This document shows, one piece after another, positions 9,459-18,136 of a stretch of DNA of 64,000 nt (position 1 is its first letter; each line of letters opens with the position of its first letter). The notes under the pieces are model-generated. The model was not told the DNA's origin. It saw only the letters and a program-made list of their open reading frames with translations, and did not search any database. The position numbers and the translations under genes are program-made. The DNA comes from a virus. The stretch lies in IMG/VR virus record IMGVR_UViG_3300025840_000011; one strand, written 5' to 3'.

Positions 9459-9637
9459 GATCGTTCAATAAATTCCTAGAAGATATGACCAGTACCGCCT
9501 CTGTTGTAGGGACTGGTGACGATTCGTCTACTGTTATTGTCCGGAAAAAAAAGAAACGTAAGGATGCTACTGAGATCCTGAGACGTTTCAAGAGGGAATA
9601 TAAGGAGACGAAGAATGACACACAGAAATCTAACTAG
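9455..9637 (+). CDS. Small basic protein with capsid-targeting-like N-terminus
   Basis: MRSFNKFLED...RKKKKRK. Confidence 0.5.
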   Translation: MRSFNKFLEDMTSTASVVGTGDDSSTVIVRKKKKRKDATEILRRFKREYKETKNDTQKSN

Positions 9638-9651
9638 ACTCAAACTAACTC

Positions 9652-9681
9652 TTGACAGATCCCTCTCCCCTTTGATATAAT
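9652..9681 (+). promoter_or_regulatory. sigma70-type promoter upstream of nrd operon
   Basis: TTGACA-18nt-TATAAT with TGn extended -10. Confidence 0.7.
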
Positions 9682-9702
9682 TCTCCGTCTCTTGGAGAAA
9701 TT

Positions 9703-10053
9703 ATGTCAAAACCTATCAACCTAGACTTCGGCAACAAACTCGTTATCTTCGATGGTGACGAAGATTTGTCGTGGGTCTATGAGATCCAAGAAAACTCAGA
9801 TAGAAACAAATTGGTCTACGTGGCGAGACGTGGGACAAAGGATAGATATCTCTACCCCGATAGATTCTTGGTGGAGAATTATGATGTTGACATGGAGGCG
9901 CACTTCATGTATAATGATAAGTTCAACGAGGAAGACCGAACCGAATATCTTATCGAAAAGGCCCTAGCGTTTGTGAACGAGGGTCGAAGACTCTTTATAG
10001 AAGACTATGCGTTTAGTAGACCTCTAGAATTTTTTGACTATACTAAACGATAA
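9703..10053 (+). CDS. Hypothetical protein
   Basis: ORF with GGAG SD after promoter. Confidence 0.55.
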   Translation: MSKPINLDFGNKLVIFDGDEDLSWVYEIQENSDRNKLVYVARRGTKDRYLYPDRFLVENYDVDMEAHFMYNDKFNEEDRTEYLIEKALAFVNEGRRLFIEDYAFSRPLEFFDYTKR

Positions 10054-10066
10054 CTGGACAGAAAAC

Positions 10067-12055
10067 ATGACATTGAAAATTGATAAAAAGAGGGATGACC
10101 TACTGGCAGATTATGCAGTAGGTATGTTGAAAGACTTTTACCTTAACAGTTACGAGACATCACCACAGGAGGCGTATGGACGAGCAGCTACCGCATGGTC
10201 AACCTATAAAGAAGAGTTGGATGAAGAACTGGCCCAACGCCTCTACGATTATGTCAGTAATAAGTGGTTCATGTTTGCAAGTCCTGTTCTATCTAATGCA
10301 CCAAACGGTCACGGCAAGGGAAAAGGTATGCCAATATCATGTTTCCTTACTTACGTACCCGACACACTTGAAGGTCTTATCGATCATAGTTCTGAGTTGC
10401 GTTGGCTTAGTGTCTATGGTGGTGGTGTGGGAGGTCATTGGTCTGATGTCCGAACAGTTTCCGACATTGCGCCAGGCCCTATCCCGTTCCTACACACTGT
10501 AGATGCGGACATGATTGCGTATCGACAGGGTAAGACTCGTAAGGGTTCTTACGCTGCGTACATGGATGTTTCTCATCCGGACATTGTAGAGTTCCTTAAC
10601 ATGCGTATCCCAACGGGAGACGTTCAACGTAAGGCGTTAAACCTACACAACGCAATCAATATCACCAACGAGTTTATGCAGGCAGTAATGGACAACACTT
10701 CGTTTGATCTGCGAGATCCCAAAGACGGTGGTGTCAAAGAGACCATCAATGCACGTAAACTTTGGGAACGAATTTTAGAAGTGAGGTTCCGTACAGGTGA
10801 ACCGTACCTCAATTTCATTGATACCGCAAACGATGCACTACCACAAAACCTGAAGGATCTGGGACTCAAGATTCATGGATCGAATCTTTGTAACGAGATT
10901 CACCTACCTACTGGACCGGATCGAACGGCGGTGTGTTGTCTGTCCAGTCTAAACTTGGAGTACTATGATGAATGGAAAGATACAACGATTGTGCGTGATC
11001 TTGTCACTATGCTTGATAACGTCTTGCAGTACTTTATCGACAGCGCACCCGACACAATCACCCGCGCAAAGTACAGTGCAGAAAGAGAAAGATCAATCGG
11101 ACTGGGAGCGATGGGGTTTCACTCTCTGTTACAGAAACACGGTGTGGCTTGGGAATCAGCTCGGGCAAAGGAAATTAATGAAGTTGTGTTCAACCACATC
11201 AAAACAGAAGCCACTACCCAATCCAGACACCTTGCTGGATTGCGAGGTGAATATCCTGACGGAGAGGGGAGTGGATTGCGATTCGCGCATTTACTTGCCA
11301 TCGCGCCAAACGCATCTTCCGGAGTTGTACTTTCAACCAGTCCGTCCATTGAGCCCCTGAAGGCGAACGCATACACGCATCGTACCCGAGCGGGAAGTTT
11401 TTTGGTGAAGAACAAGTATCTTGACAAATTACTTACCGAGCGGGGTATAAATACTGATTCCACTTGGACATCTATCATCACACAAAAAGGTTCGGTTCAA
11501 CACCTTCCAGAGTTAACAGAGGGTGAGAAGGCGGTATTCAAGACCGCACAAGAACTTGATCAGAGTTGGGTTGTCACTCACGCCGCAGACAGACAGAAAT
11601 ATATTTGTCAAGGACAGTCGGTCAACCTATTCTTCCCCGCTGGTGCAGAGAAGTCCTACGTTAACAAAGTACATCTCAAAGCGTGGAGAGAGGGTCTCAA
11701 GGGACTCTACTATCTACGTACCGAAGCGAAGGCTCGTGCAGAGAACGTATCGGAGAAAGTGGAACGAGTTGCATTGCAAGATGACAGTCGCACCTTGGTG
11801 TACGGTAAGAAGAATTGTCCGTTCTGTCAACTTGCGAAAGAAGAACTCAAACTACGGGGAATCCCCTATGACTATATCGATCTGGAAGAGATCGGTAAGA
11901 CCGCCGCTGAAGTGACAGGTAGAAAAGTAAAGACTGTCCCTCAAATCTACGTAGAGGGAACGTATGTCGGTGGGTACGAAGAACTCATTGAATTTCTAGA
12001 TAATACCACTACAGAAGTTGTTGAAGAAGAAGAGTGCAAGGCTTGCGAGGGATGA
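10067..12055 (+). CDS. nrdA: Ribonucleotide reductase class Ia alpha subunit with glutaredoxin domain inserted before C-terminal CxxC
   Basis: PISCF, SNLCNEI, TAVCCLSS, IAPNASS, GLYYLR; then YGKKNCPFC...TVPQIY...VGGY; ends ECKACEG; no ATP cone. Confidence 0.95.
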   Translation: MTLKIDKKRDDLLADYAVGMLKDFYLNSYETSPQEAYGRAATAWSTYKEELDEELAQRLYDYVSNKWFMFASPVLSNAPNGHGKGKGMPISCFLTYVPDTLEGLIDHSSELRWLSVYGGGVGGHWSDVRTVSDIAPGPIPFLHTVDADMIAYRQGKTRKGSYAAYMDVSHPDIVEFLNMRIPTGDVQRKALNLHNAINITNEFMQAVMDNTSFDLRDPKDGGVKETINARKLWERILEVRFRTGEPYLNFIDTANDALPQNLKDLGLKIHGSNLCNEIHLPTGPDRTAVCCLSSLNLEYYDEWKDTTIVRDLVTMLDNVLQYFIDSAPDTITRAKYSAERERSIGLGAMGFHSLLQKHGVAWESARAKEINEVVFNHIKTEATTQSRHLAGLRGEYPDGEGSGLRFAHLLAIAPNASSGVVLSTSPSIEPLKANAYTHRTRAGSFLVKNKYLDKLLTERGINTDSTWTSIITQKGSVQHLPELTEGEKAVFKTAQELDQSWVVTHAADRQKYICQGQSVNLFFPAGAEKSYVNKVHLKAWREGLKGLYYLRTEAKARAENVSEKVERVALQDDSRTLVYGKKNCPFCQLAKEELKLRGIPYDYIDLEEIGKTAAEVTGRKVKTVPQIYVEGTYVGGYEELIEFLDNTTTEVVEEEECKACEG

Positions 12056-12056
12056 C

Positions 12057-12434
12057 ATGGCATATTCGGAAAAGGTATTAGACCACTACGAAAACCCACG
12101 TAACGTGGGTAAGTTCGACGAAGACGAAGAAGACATTGGTACAGGTATGGTGGGTGCACCCGCTTGTGGTGATGTCATGAGACTACAGATCAGGGTGAGT
12201 GATGAAGGAATTATTGAAGACGCACGGTTTAAAACTTATGGTTGTGGTAGTGCTATCGCTTCTAGTTCTCTACTCACCGAATGGGTCAAAGGGAAAAATC
12301 TTGAAGACGCCGGGCAAATCCGTAATACAGATATCGCAGAAGAACTCGCACTTCCACCCGTAAAAATTCATTGTAGTGTTCTTGCAGAAGACGCAATCAA
12401 AGCAGCCATCAAAGATTACAAGGAAAAACACTGA
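12057..12434 (+). CDS. iscU: Fe-S cluster scaffold IscU
   Basis: MAYSEKVLDHYENPRNVG, APACGD, YGCGSAIAS, LPPVKIHCS. Confidence 0.95.
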   Translation: MAYSEKVLDHYENPRNVGKFDEDEEDIGTGMVGAPACGDVMRLQIRVSDEGIIEDARFKTYGCGSAIASSSLLTEWVKGKNLEDAGQIRNTDIAEELALPPVKIHCSVLAEDAIKAAIKDYKEKH

Positions 12435-13426
12435 TGTCCCTATTAGAATTTAGTACAACCTACAAACCGTTCAAGTATCCTTGGGCGGTAGAACTCTCTA
12501 AGAAACATGAAGAGGTTCATTGGATTGAGGATGAGGCGGAACTGTCCGAAGACGTACAGGACTGGAAGACTAAACTTACCGATGAGGAGAAAGACTTCAT
12601 CACACACATTCTCAGACTGTTTACTCAGTCGGATGTTCAGGTGGGCGAGAACTACCACGAACTACTAATCCCTCGTTTTAAAAACAACGAGGTCCGTAAC
12701 ATGTTGTCCTCGTTCGCCGGACGGGAGGCAGTACACCAACGTGCATATGCACTGTTGAACGATACTCTGGGTCTACCCGACGAAGAGTACCACAAGTTTC
12801 TTGAGTTCAAGGAGATGGCAGACAAAGTTGACTTCATGAAAGAAGGTGACGTTAGTACACACACGGGTCTTGCACTCGCCCTTGCTCAGTCAGTATTCAA
12901 CGAAGGTATGAGTCTTTTCTCTTCATTCGTGATGTTGTTGAACTTTCAACGATTCGGAAAGATGAAGGGTATGGGTACAATCGTGGAATGGTCGATACGT
13001 GATGAAACACTTCACGTGCAAGGGAATGCAAAACTGTTTCGTACATTCTGTGAGGAACATCCTCGCATCGTGAACGATGAACTTAAATCCAAAATCTATG
13101 AGATGGCAAAAAATGCAGTTGAACTGGAAGACAAATTTATCAACCTTGCGTTCCGTGGTAACGATGTACAGGGACTCACTAAGACTGAAGTTAGGAAGTA
13201 TATTCGTCATATCGCTGATAGGCGTTTACTTCAACTGGGTCTCAAACCAAAATTTAGACAGAAGGATAATCCCCTCACCTGGCTTGACTGGGTGCTTAAC
13301 GGTGCATCCCATGACAACTTCTTCGAAAAAAGAGTTACCGAATACAGTGTTGTTGGGATGGCAGGAAGTTGGGGATGGGAGGAAAGTCCCGTTGTGTGCG
13401 ACATTAGCGAGAATGTCGCTGCATGA
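12434..13426 (+). CDS. nrdB: Ribonucleotide reductase class Ia beta subunit
   Basis: QSDVQVG, REAVHQRAY, FNEG, RDETLH, HDNFFE. Confidence 0.95.
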   Translation: MSLLEFSTTYKPFKYPWAVELSKKHEEVHWIEDEAELSEDVQDWKTKLTDEEKDFITHILRLFTQSDVQVGENYHELLIPRFKNNEVRNMLSSFAGREAVHQRAYALLNDTLGLPDEEYHKFLEFKEMADKVDFMKEGDVSTHTGLALALAQSVFNEGMSLFSSFVMLLNFQRFGKMKGMGTIVEWSIRDETLHVQGNAKLFRTFCEEHPRIVNDELKSKIYEMAKNAVELEDKFINLAFRGNDVQGLTKTEVRKYIRHIADRRLLQLGLKPKFRQKDNPLTWLDWVLNGASHDNFFEKRVTEYSVVGMAGSWGWEESPVVCDISENVAA

Positions 13427-13575
13427 TGGAGTCTTACATATACCAAGTTGAGTGCGTTATATGTGATGGCATCACCAAGGTTGTTTGTAGTTACGATGAT
13501 GACGAACCTCTCTACTGTCCTTTGTGCGGTGAAGAGGCGGAAGTTGAATATCTAGGAGATAGTGCCGTAGTATAA
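13423..13575 (+). CDS. 50-aa rubredoxin/zinc-ribbon-like protein (not in ORF track)
   Basis: MMESYIYQVECVICDG...YCPLCGEEAE; ATGA overlap with nrdB stop. Confidence 0.65.
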   Translation: MMESYIYQVECVICDGITKVVCSYDDDEPLYCPLCGEEAEVEYLGDSAVV

Positions 13576-13588
13576 GTCTACATACAGT

Positions 13589-13996
13589 ATGTGGATTTAT
13601 AACGGAACGCCTTACGAACCAGATGAAGACGAACTCAGTCAGTGGGTTGGGTTCGTCTATCTGATCACTGAACGTGACACCAACAAGAAGTATGTTGGTA
13701 AGAAGTTCTTTTGGTCTACTCGAAAATTGCCTCCTCTTAAGGGACAAAAAAGGAAGAGGATCAAAAAGGTTCAGTCCGACTGGAGAGACTACTACGGATC
13801 ATCCGAAGAACTAAAACTTCTAGTCGAAACGAAAGGTGGGGACGCCTACCATCGTCAAATTTTGAGGTTGTGCAAATCGAAAGGTGAGTGTTCCTACTAT
13901 GAGGCGAAAGAACAATTTGATCGTGATGTTCTGTTGCGAGAGGATTACTACAATGCGTTCATTGGTTGTAAGATACATGCGAAACATATCCAATGA
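13589..13996 (+). CDS. GIY-YIG family endonuclease (single domain)
   Basis: GFVYLIT...KKYVGKK...YYGSS...YYEAKEQF...YYN. Confidence 0.8.
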   Translation: MWIYNGTPYEPDEDELSQWVGFVYLITERDTNKKYVGKKFFWSTRKLPPLKGQKRKRIKKVQSDWRDYYGSSEELKLLVETKGGDAYHRQILRLCKSKGECSYYEAKEQFDRDVLLREDYYNAFIGCKIHAKHIQ

Positions 13997-15198
13997 TTGT
14001 TGATCGAAATATAATCAACCCCGATATTATTTACGATGGTAAGACCAAGAATGAACTCATTCGAGACATCGACGGTTGGAAGAGACTACTCGTAGACACG
14101 CATAGTTTGAAAAAGGGCGACATGGTTGCGGTGTCAATCATGAACGTAAGTACGAGACACGTGTCGGCCGTGTTCGCTTGTGCAGAACTAGGATTACGGT
14201 TGATCCTACTTGATTCCCCCGCACACAAAGAATCTTTACCGTACACCAAGATTGCAAGGTTTGGTCCAGCGGACCTAACTATCACCGATGGTATTGGTGA
14301 AAAATTGTACAAGGGGTTGCACGGTGATATGATCCACCACAATTCCAAAAAGGTCGTTCATGAACTTGATATGGAACCAAGTCCGGATCCATACTTCCCT
14401 TGGTACGCCGAAGAGTCGGATCCCTTTTTAGTATCCAGTACTTCGGGAACGACACAGTACTCTCGCAAGATAGAGTTCACTCATGAAGACTGTATGGTCT
14501 TCGCACTTCGAAACATTCACATATTCAAGTTCCACCCTAGTTCAGTTTGTTGGCACACCAAGAACATGCACCATGCATCTTCTATGTTGACAGACCTTCT
14601 ACCCTCTGTGATGGCCAGTAATCGTCACTGGAGTTACTCTCTGCCAGACAGGAAAGAATGGTTACCACTCACCAAGAATGAGGCCATAACCTTCATAGAG
14701 GACCGTGGCATCAATCGGTGTATCGTACCTAACCGTGACATCCTAGATTGGTTGATAAGAGGACACACCTTCAAAAAACGCTTGACAATTAACATGTCTG
14801 GGTTTACAATGGATAAAGACTATGGGGACATGTGTGCAATGCATAATCTCAGGTTCATATCCCACTACGGTTCTATAGACACCGCTATCCCCGCACTGGT
14901 GAACTATGTGGATGAAACCTATGATGAGGATGAGAATTGTCTGGGTGTCCTAGCGGATACGCAATTTATGGTTGGGGTCAATCCCGAACACGCATATGTA
15001 ATCCACCAGAGATGGAAAGAATCCCGTCAACTGGGTGACAGACTCGAATATCGAAATGGGAAGTATTATCATTTGGGTAGAATCGAGAACATCAAACTGC
15101 CTGAGGGCATCGATCTAGAACCCTTTTACCAAGATACCAAGGTAAACATGGACCAACTGAGGGGGTACATGTGGGAAAAATTTTCAAAAATAATTTAA
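13993..15198 (+). CDS. Divergent ANL (AMP-binding) adenylation enzyme lacking the small C-terminal domain
   Basis: SSTSGTT (A3), HYGSIDT (A5), LGD...YHLGR (A7/A8). Confidence 0.65.
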   Translation: MIVDRNIINPDIIYDGKTKNELIRDIDGWKRLLVDTHSLKKGDMVAVSIMNVSTRHVSAVFACAELGLRLILLDSPAHKESLPYTKIARFGPADLTITDGIGEKLYKGLHGDMIHHNSKKVVHELDMEPSPDPYFPWYAEESDPFLVSSTSGTTQYSRKIEFTHEDCMVFALRNIHIFKFHPSSVCWHTKNMHHASSMLTDLLPSVMASNRHWSYSLPDRKEWLPLTKNEAITFIEDRGINRCIVPNRDILDWLIRGHTFKKRLTINMSGFTMDKDYGDMCAMHNLRFISHYGSIDTAIPALVNYVDETYDEDENCLGVLADTQFMVGVNPEHAYVIHQRWKESRQLGDRLEYRNGKYYHLGRIENIKLPEGIDLEPFYQDTKVNMDQLRGYMWEKFSKII

Positions 15199-15206
15199 AA
15201 AAACGC

Positions 15207-15235
15207 TTGACTTTTCTTGCCAGACTTGTTAGTAT
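15207..15235 (+). promoter_or_regulatory. Early promoter P1
   Basis: A-tract, TTGACT TTTCTTGCC, 17-nt spacer, TAGTAT. Confidence 0.75.
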
Positions 15236-15278
15236 AAGAAGTAATTTGGTTGTTTTGAGGAGACTGTGAGGTAATGTG

Positions 15279-15416
15279 ATGGAAGACTTGGTTTACTACT
15301 TAGAAGTTGAGGGAGTACTCCTGCCGGAGTGTTTTGAGTGTGAAGATGATGCGATAGAATACGCAGTCCAGAATGGTCTGGATGAGTACGAAATCGTAGA
15401 ATGGGATGTTGATTGA
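15279..15416 (+). CDS. 45-aa acidic early protein (not in ORF track)
   Basis: MEDLVYYLEVEGVLLPEC...; GAGG SD; overlaps next start. Confidence 0.55.
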   Translation: MEDLVYYLEVEGVLLPECFECEDDAIEYAVQNGLDEYEIVEWDVD

Positions 15417-15640
15417 TGATTAGAATTGTGATTGGTTTGTTGATGACGTTTGGTGCGGTTGGTACTCAGGACTTCTATGATGAGTGTCTGATGGCCGCAG
15501 ACTGTGTGGCTGGTGATCCCCCTAGTATGTGGGTGACTTGTGGTCTCGCCCTAGTTGGCCTCTTTCTGATGTATTGGGGTGTCTGGGACAACCGTGATGA
15601 CTTCGTGAATGATGACGATGACCGTCCATATTGGGGGTAA
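15416..15640 (+). CDS. Small membrane protein
   Basis: Two hydrophobic segments. Confidence 0.55.
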   Translation: MIRIVIGLLMTFGAVGTQDFYDECLMAADCVAGDPPSMWVTCGLALVGLFLMYWGVWDNRDDFVNDDDDRPYWG

Positions 15641-15668
15641 AAAATATCACTTTTTTTGAAAAAAAGTC

Positions 15669-15697
15669 TTGACTTTTCTTGCCCGATGGGTTATAGT
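15669..15697 (+). promoter_or_regulatory. Early promoter P2
   Basis: TTGACT TTTCTTGCC-17-TATAGT; GATTGAGAGAG leader. Confidence 0.8.
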
Positions 15698-15729
15698 ATA
15701 CCTGTAACGTTGATTGAGAGAGTATTGTT

Positions 15730-16278
15730 ATGAAAGAGTTGATTGCGAAGTTTGAAGAACGTGGATACGAGTTGGCCATGGATTATGGTAACAACGTTGC
15801 CAAGTGTGTCCGTCCCGCCCCCCGTGCTCGTCTTGGTTACAAGATTGAGTTCAACTACCGCTTCGGTAGTGAGGTTCGCATGGTGGAGTACTGTGAGGAC
15901 TTCCTCGTCAGTCTTGATCGTGCTGCGAAGTACAAAGAAGAACGCAAGATTGCCCGTGCGAACGCTCGGAAAGAGGCAATCGCCAACGTCAAAGAGGGTG
16001 ACTTGTTCGTCGCGTCTTGGGGTTGGGAACAGACTAACGTTGATGCCTATCAGGTTGTTGCGAAGAAGGGTGCGAGTGTTGTCCTTCGTGAGATCGCCCT
16101 TCAGAGTGTTGAAGGTTCTGAGGGTTTCATGAGTGACCGTGTTGTCCCCGTCAAGGATGCCTTCATTGGTAGTGAGTTCAAGAAGCGAATCGCTGGTAAG
16201 TACATCAACATTGATGACGTTCGTATGGCTTGTCCTGCGGAAGAAGGTAAAGATTTTTATAGGAGTTGGTACGCATAA
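15730..16278 (+). CDS. Early hypothetical protein
   Basis: SWGWEQTNVDAYQVV motif; directly after P2. Confidence 0.65.
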   Translation: MKELIAKFEERGYELAMDYGNNVAKCVRPAPRARLGYKIEFNYRFGSEVRMVEYCEDFLVSLDRAAKYKEERKIARANARKEAIANVKEGDLFVASWGWEQTNVDAYQVVAKKGASVVLREIALQSVEGSEGFMSDRVVPVKDAFIGSEFKKRIAGKYINIDDVRMACPAEEGKDFYRSWYA

Positions 16279-16547
16279 TGACTGTTATTCCGATTGGTAG
16301 TGGTAAGATTGTGACTGAGAAATATCGTAAGTTCCAAATGTTTCGTGAGTTCCGTAACTATTGTCTGTCTTTCTATGGTTACGATGGGATCTACCCCATC
16401 GCTGGATTGACTGTTGACTATCTCGAACAGGCTATTGTCAAGTACATTGACCTGTGTCGGGATCCTCAAAACTTCTTTGAGTGGGGTGACGGTGACAGTC
16501 TTGACCGTGAACGTGTTCGTGATTTAATTCTACAGGAGAGTGTGTAA
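16278..16547 (+). CDS. Hypothetical protein
   Basis: Coupled ORF; GDSLDRERVRD motif. Confidence 0.55.
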   Translation: MTVIPIGSGKIVTEKYRKFQMFREFRNYCLSFYGYDGIYPIAGLTVDYLEQAIVKYIDLCRDPQNFFEWGDGDSLDRERVRDLILQESV

Positions 16548-16753
16548 TGACATATATTGCAAAACCATATCTTGGTCGAGAGAAGGGTCGCAAGGAATTT
16601 GCAACCGCAAAAGAGGCGGTCAAGTACCTTCTCGAAGAAACTGGGTGTGAGGAGTACGGTAACCGTATGACCGCCGAAGATTGGGTGATGATTGAAAAGT
16701 TGGTTCCGCCTGCGGGGGTATACTTCCGCGAGAACAAGGAGTTCGCGGCATGA
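16547..16753 (+). CDS. Hypothetical protein
   Basis: Coupled ORF with AGGAG SD. Confidence 0.55.
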   Translation: MTYIAKPYLGREKGRKEFATAKEAVKYLLEETGCEEYGNRMTAEDWVMIEKLVPPAGVYFRENKEFAA

Positions 16754-16965
16754 GTTTAGTGTACTGCGATTTCATCGCAGACTTCATTAAGAAGACTCTT
16801 CCCTCTGCAAAGATGTATGGGGAAGACTTCACTAGTGATGTGGGTCCAGTCAAGTTGGATCTGAATGTCGATGGGGTTTTCTTGTCCACCAAGAAGACTC
16901 TGGATCTTGTAGATAATAACGGTACTAAGTATCGTATAACCGTTGAGGAAATGCCTGATGAGTAA
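16750..16965 (+). CDS. Hypothetical protein
   Basis: ATGA overlap, AAGGAG SD. Confidence 0.55.
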   Translation: MSLVYCDFIADFIKKTLPSAKMYGEDFTSDVGPVKLDLNVDGVFLSTKKTLDLVDNNGTKYRITVEEMPDE

Positions 16966-17164
16966 GATGGGTCAATTTGTTTTTGAAGTTCAAGAGATCG
17001 TGTGCGATAACTACAACGAACCTTTCTCTGTTGTTGAGGAAAAGATCCGGACTCGTTTCGGGCCTGTAGCGGAATACGCTGTTCAAACCGCTCGTCAAGA
17101 GTACGATCAAATTTTTTCAGATTTTGAAGAATTTGAACAATATCTTGCATCTGGGGAACGGTAA
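16958..17164 (+). CDS. Hypothetical protein
   Basis: MSKMGQFVFEVQE. Confidence 0.5.
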   Translation: MSKMGQFVFEVQEIVCDNYNEPFSVVEEKIRTRFGPVAEYAVQTARQEYDQIFSDFEEFEQYLASGER

Positions 17165-17193
17165 AACCCTATATACTATAACAGGTGAATTAT

Positions 17194-17634
17194 ATGGCAT
17201 ACGTAGGTGAAACCAAACAAGTCTATGAAATTTTCGAGGAAATCGAAAATGCAAAAAACAAAGCAGAGCGGATGACAGTACTCAAGAAGTACTCTGACGT
17301 ACCCGCATTGAAGGATGTCCTTCGAGGAACCTTCGACAAATCTTTGGTCTTCCTTCTTCCCGAAGGCAAACCGCCCTATACTCCAAACATTCCGGAGTCA
17401 GTCCCATCTTCCTTACTCAAAGCCCATAAAAACTTTGGATACTTTGTAAAGGGTGGGCCTGGTACAGAATTACCCGCATTCAGACGGGAGAAGATGTTTA
17501 TCGACATGCTCGAATCAATTCATCCGGCTGATGCAGAAATCGTCTTGAACATGGTTGCGAAAAAACAACCAGTGAAGGGCGTAACCCTTAAACTAGTACA
17601 GGAGGCATTTCCAAACTTAATTCAATCTTCTTAA
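17194..17634 (+). CDS. Conserved T4-like hypothetical protein
   Basis: LPEGKPPY...RREKMFIDMLESIHPADA...LVQEAFP. Confidence 0.7.
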   Translation: MAYVGETKQVYEIFEEIENAKNKAERMTVLKKYSDVPALKDVLRGTFDKSLVFLLPEGKPPYTPNIPESVPSSLLKAHKNFGYFVKGGPGTELPAFRREKMFIDMLESIHPADAEIVLNMVAKKQPVKGVTLKLVQEAFPNLIQSS

Positions 17635-17657
17635 CTCACCAACAAAAAAGGAGTGTT

Positions 17658-17831
17658 ATGACAGCAACTCAGATAGAACGATTAAAAAGAGACAGTCGAG
17701 AACTAGATAATTATATTGCGAGTCTCAATAAAAAGGGAAAAACTCAGAAGGCGCACAAACTGATGGCCAAACGGGAGTTTCTCAATCAGACTATTTTAGA
17801 AGTCGAACCTAAATTCACTCAAGTACAATAA
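17658..17831 (+). CDS. 57-aa hypothetical protein (not in ORF track)
   Basis: AAGGAG SD; MTATQIERLKRDSRELD... Confidence 0.55.
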   Translation: MTATQIERLKRDSRELDNYIASLNKKGKTQKAHKLMAKREFLNQTILEVEPKFTQVQ

Positions 17832-17899
17832 GGAAGGTGATCCTATCTCTTCATCGAAAGATGTCGTAGTGAGGTTTGATATTAAGTGTGAAGTAAACC

Positions 17900-18136
17900 A
17901 TGCCAACTTATACGTTTAAAAATTTGGAAACCGGAGAGATTTTGGAGGAGTCTCTCCGAATGTCCGAATACGATCAATTTAAGATCGACAATCCCCATCT
18001 AGAAAGAGTTTACAATTCAGTGCCAGGCCTGATATCTGGACGAATCAGTCCTATGCGTAAGGCGGGTAAGGAATGGGAAAATCATCTAGAGAGGATTAAG
18101 AAAGGTTCTGGAAAAGGAAATACCATCAATACATGA
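17900..18136 (+). CDS. FmdB-like small protein
   Basis: MPTYTFKNLETGE...NPHLERV; typical position before phoH. Confidence 0.6.
   Translation: MPTYTFKNLETGEILEESLRMSEYDQFKIDNPHLERVYNSVPGLISGRISPMRKAGKEWENHLERIKKGSGKGNTINT

Noticed and set aside
13589-13996. GIY-YIG gene as mobile homing endonuclease or intron
   Set aside because: Single catalytic domain without DNA-binding repeats, does not interrupt nrdA/nrdB; no intron or intein in the nrd genes
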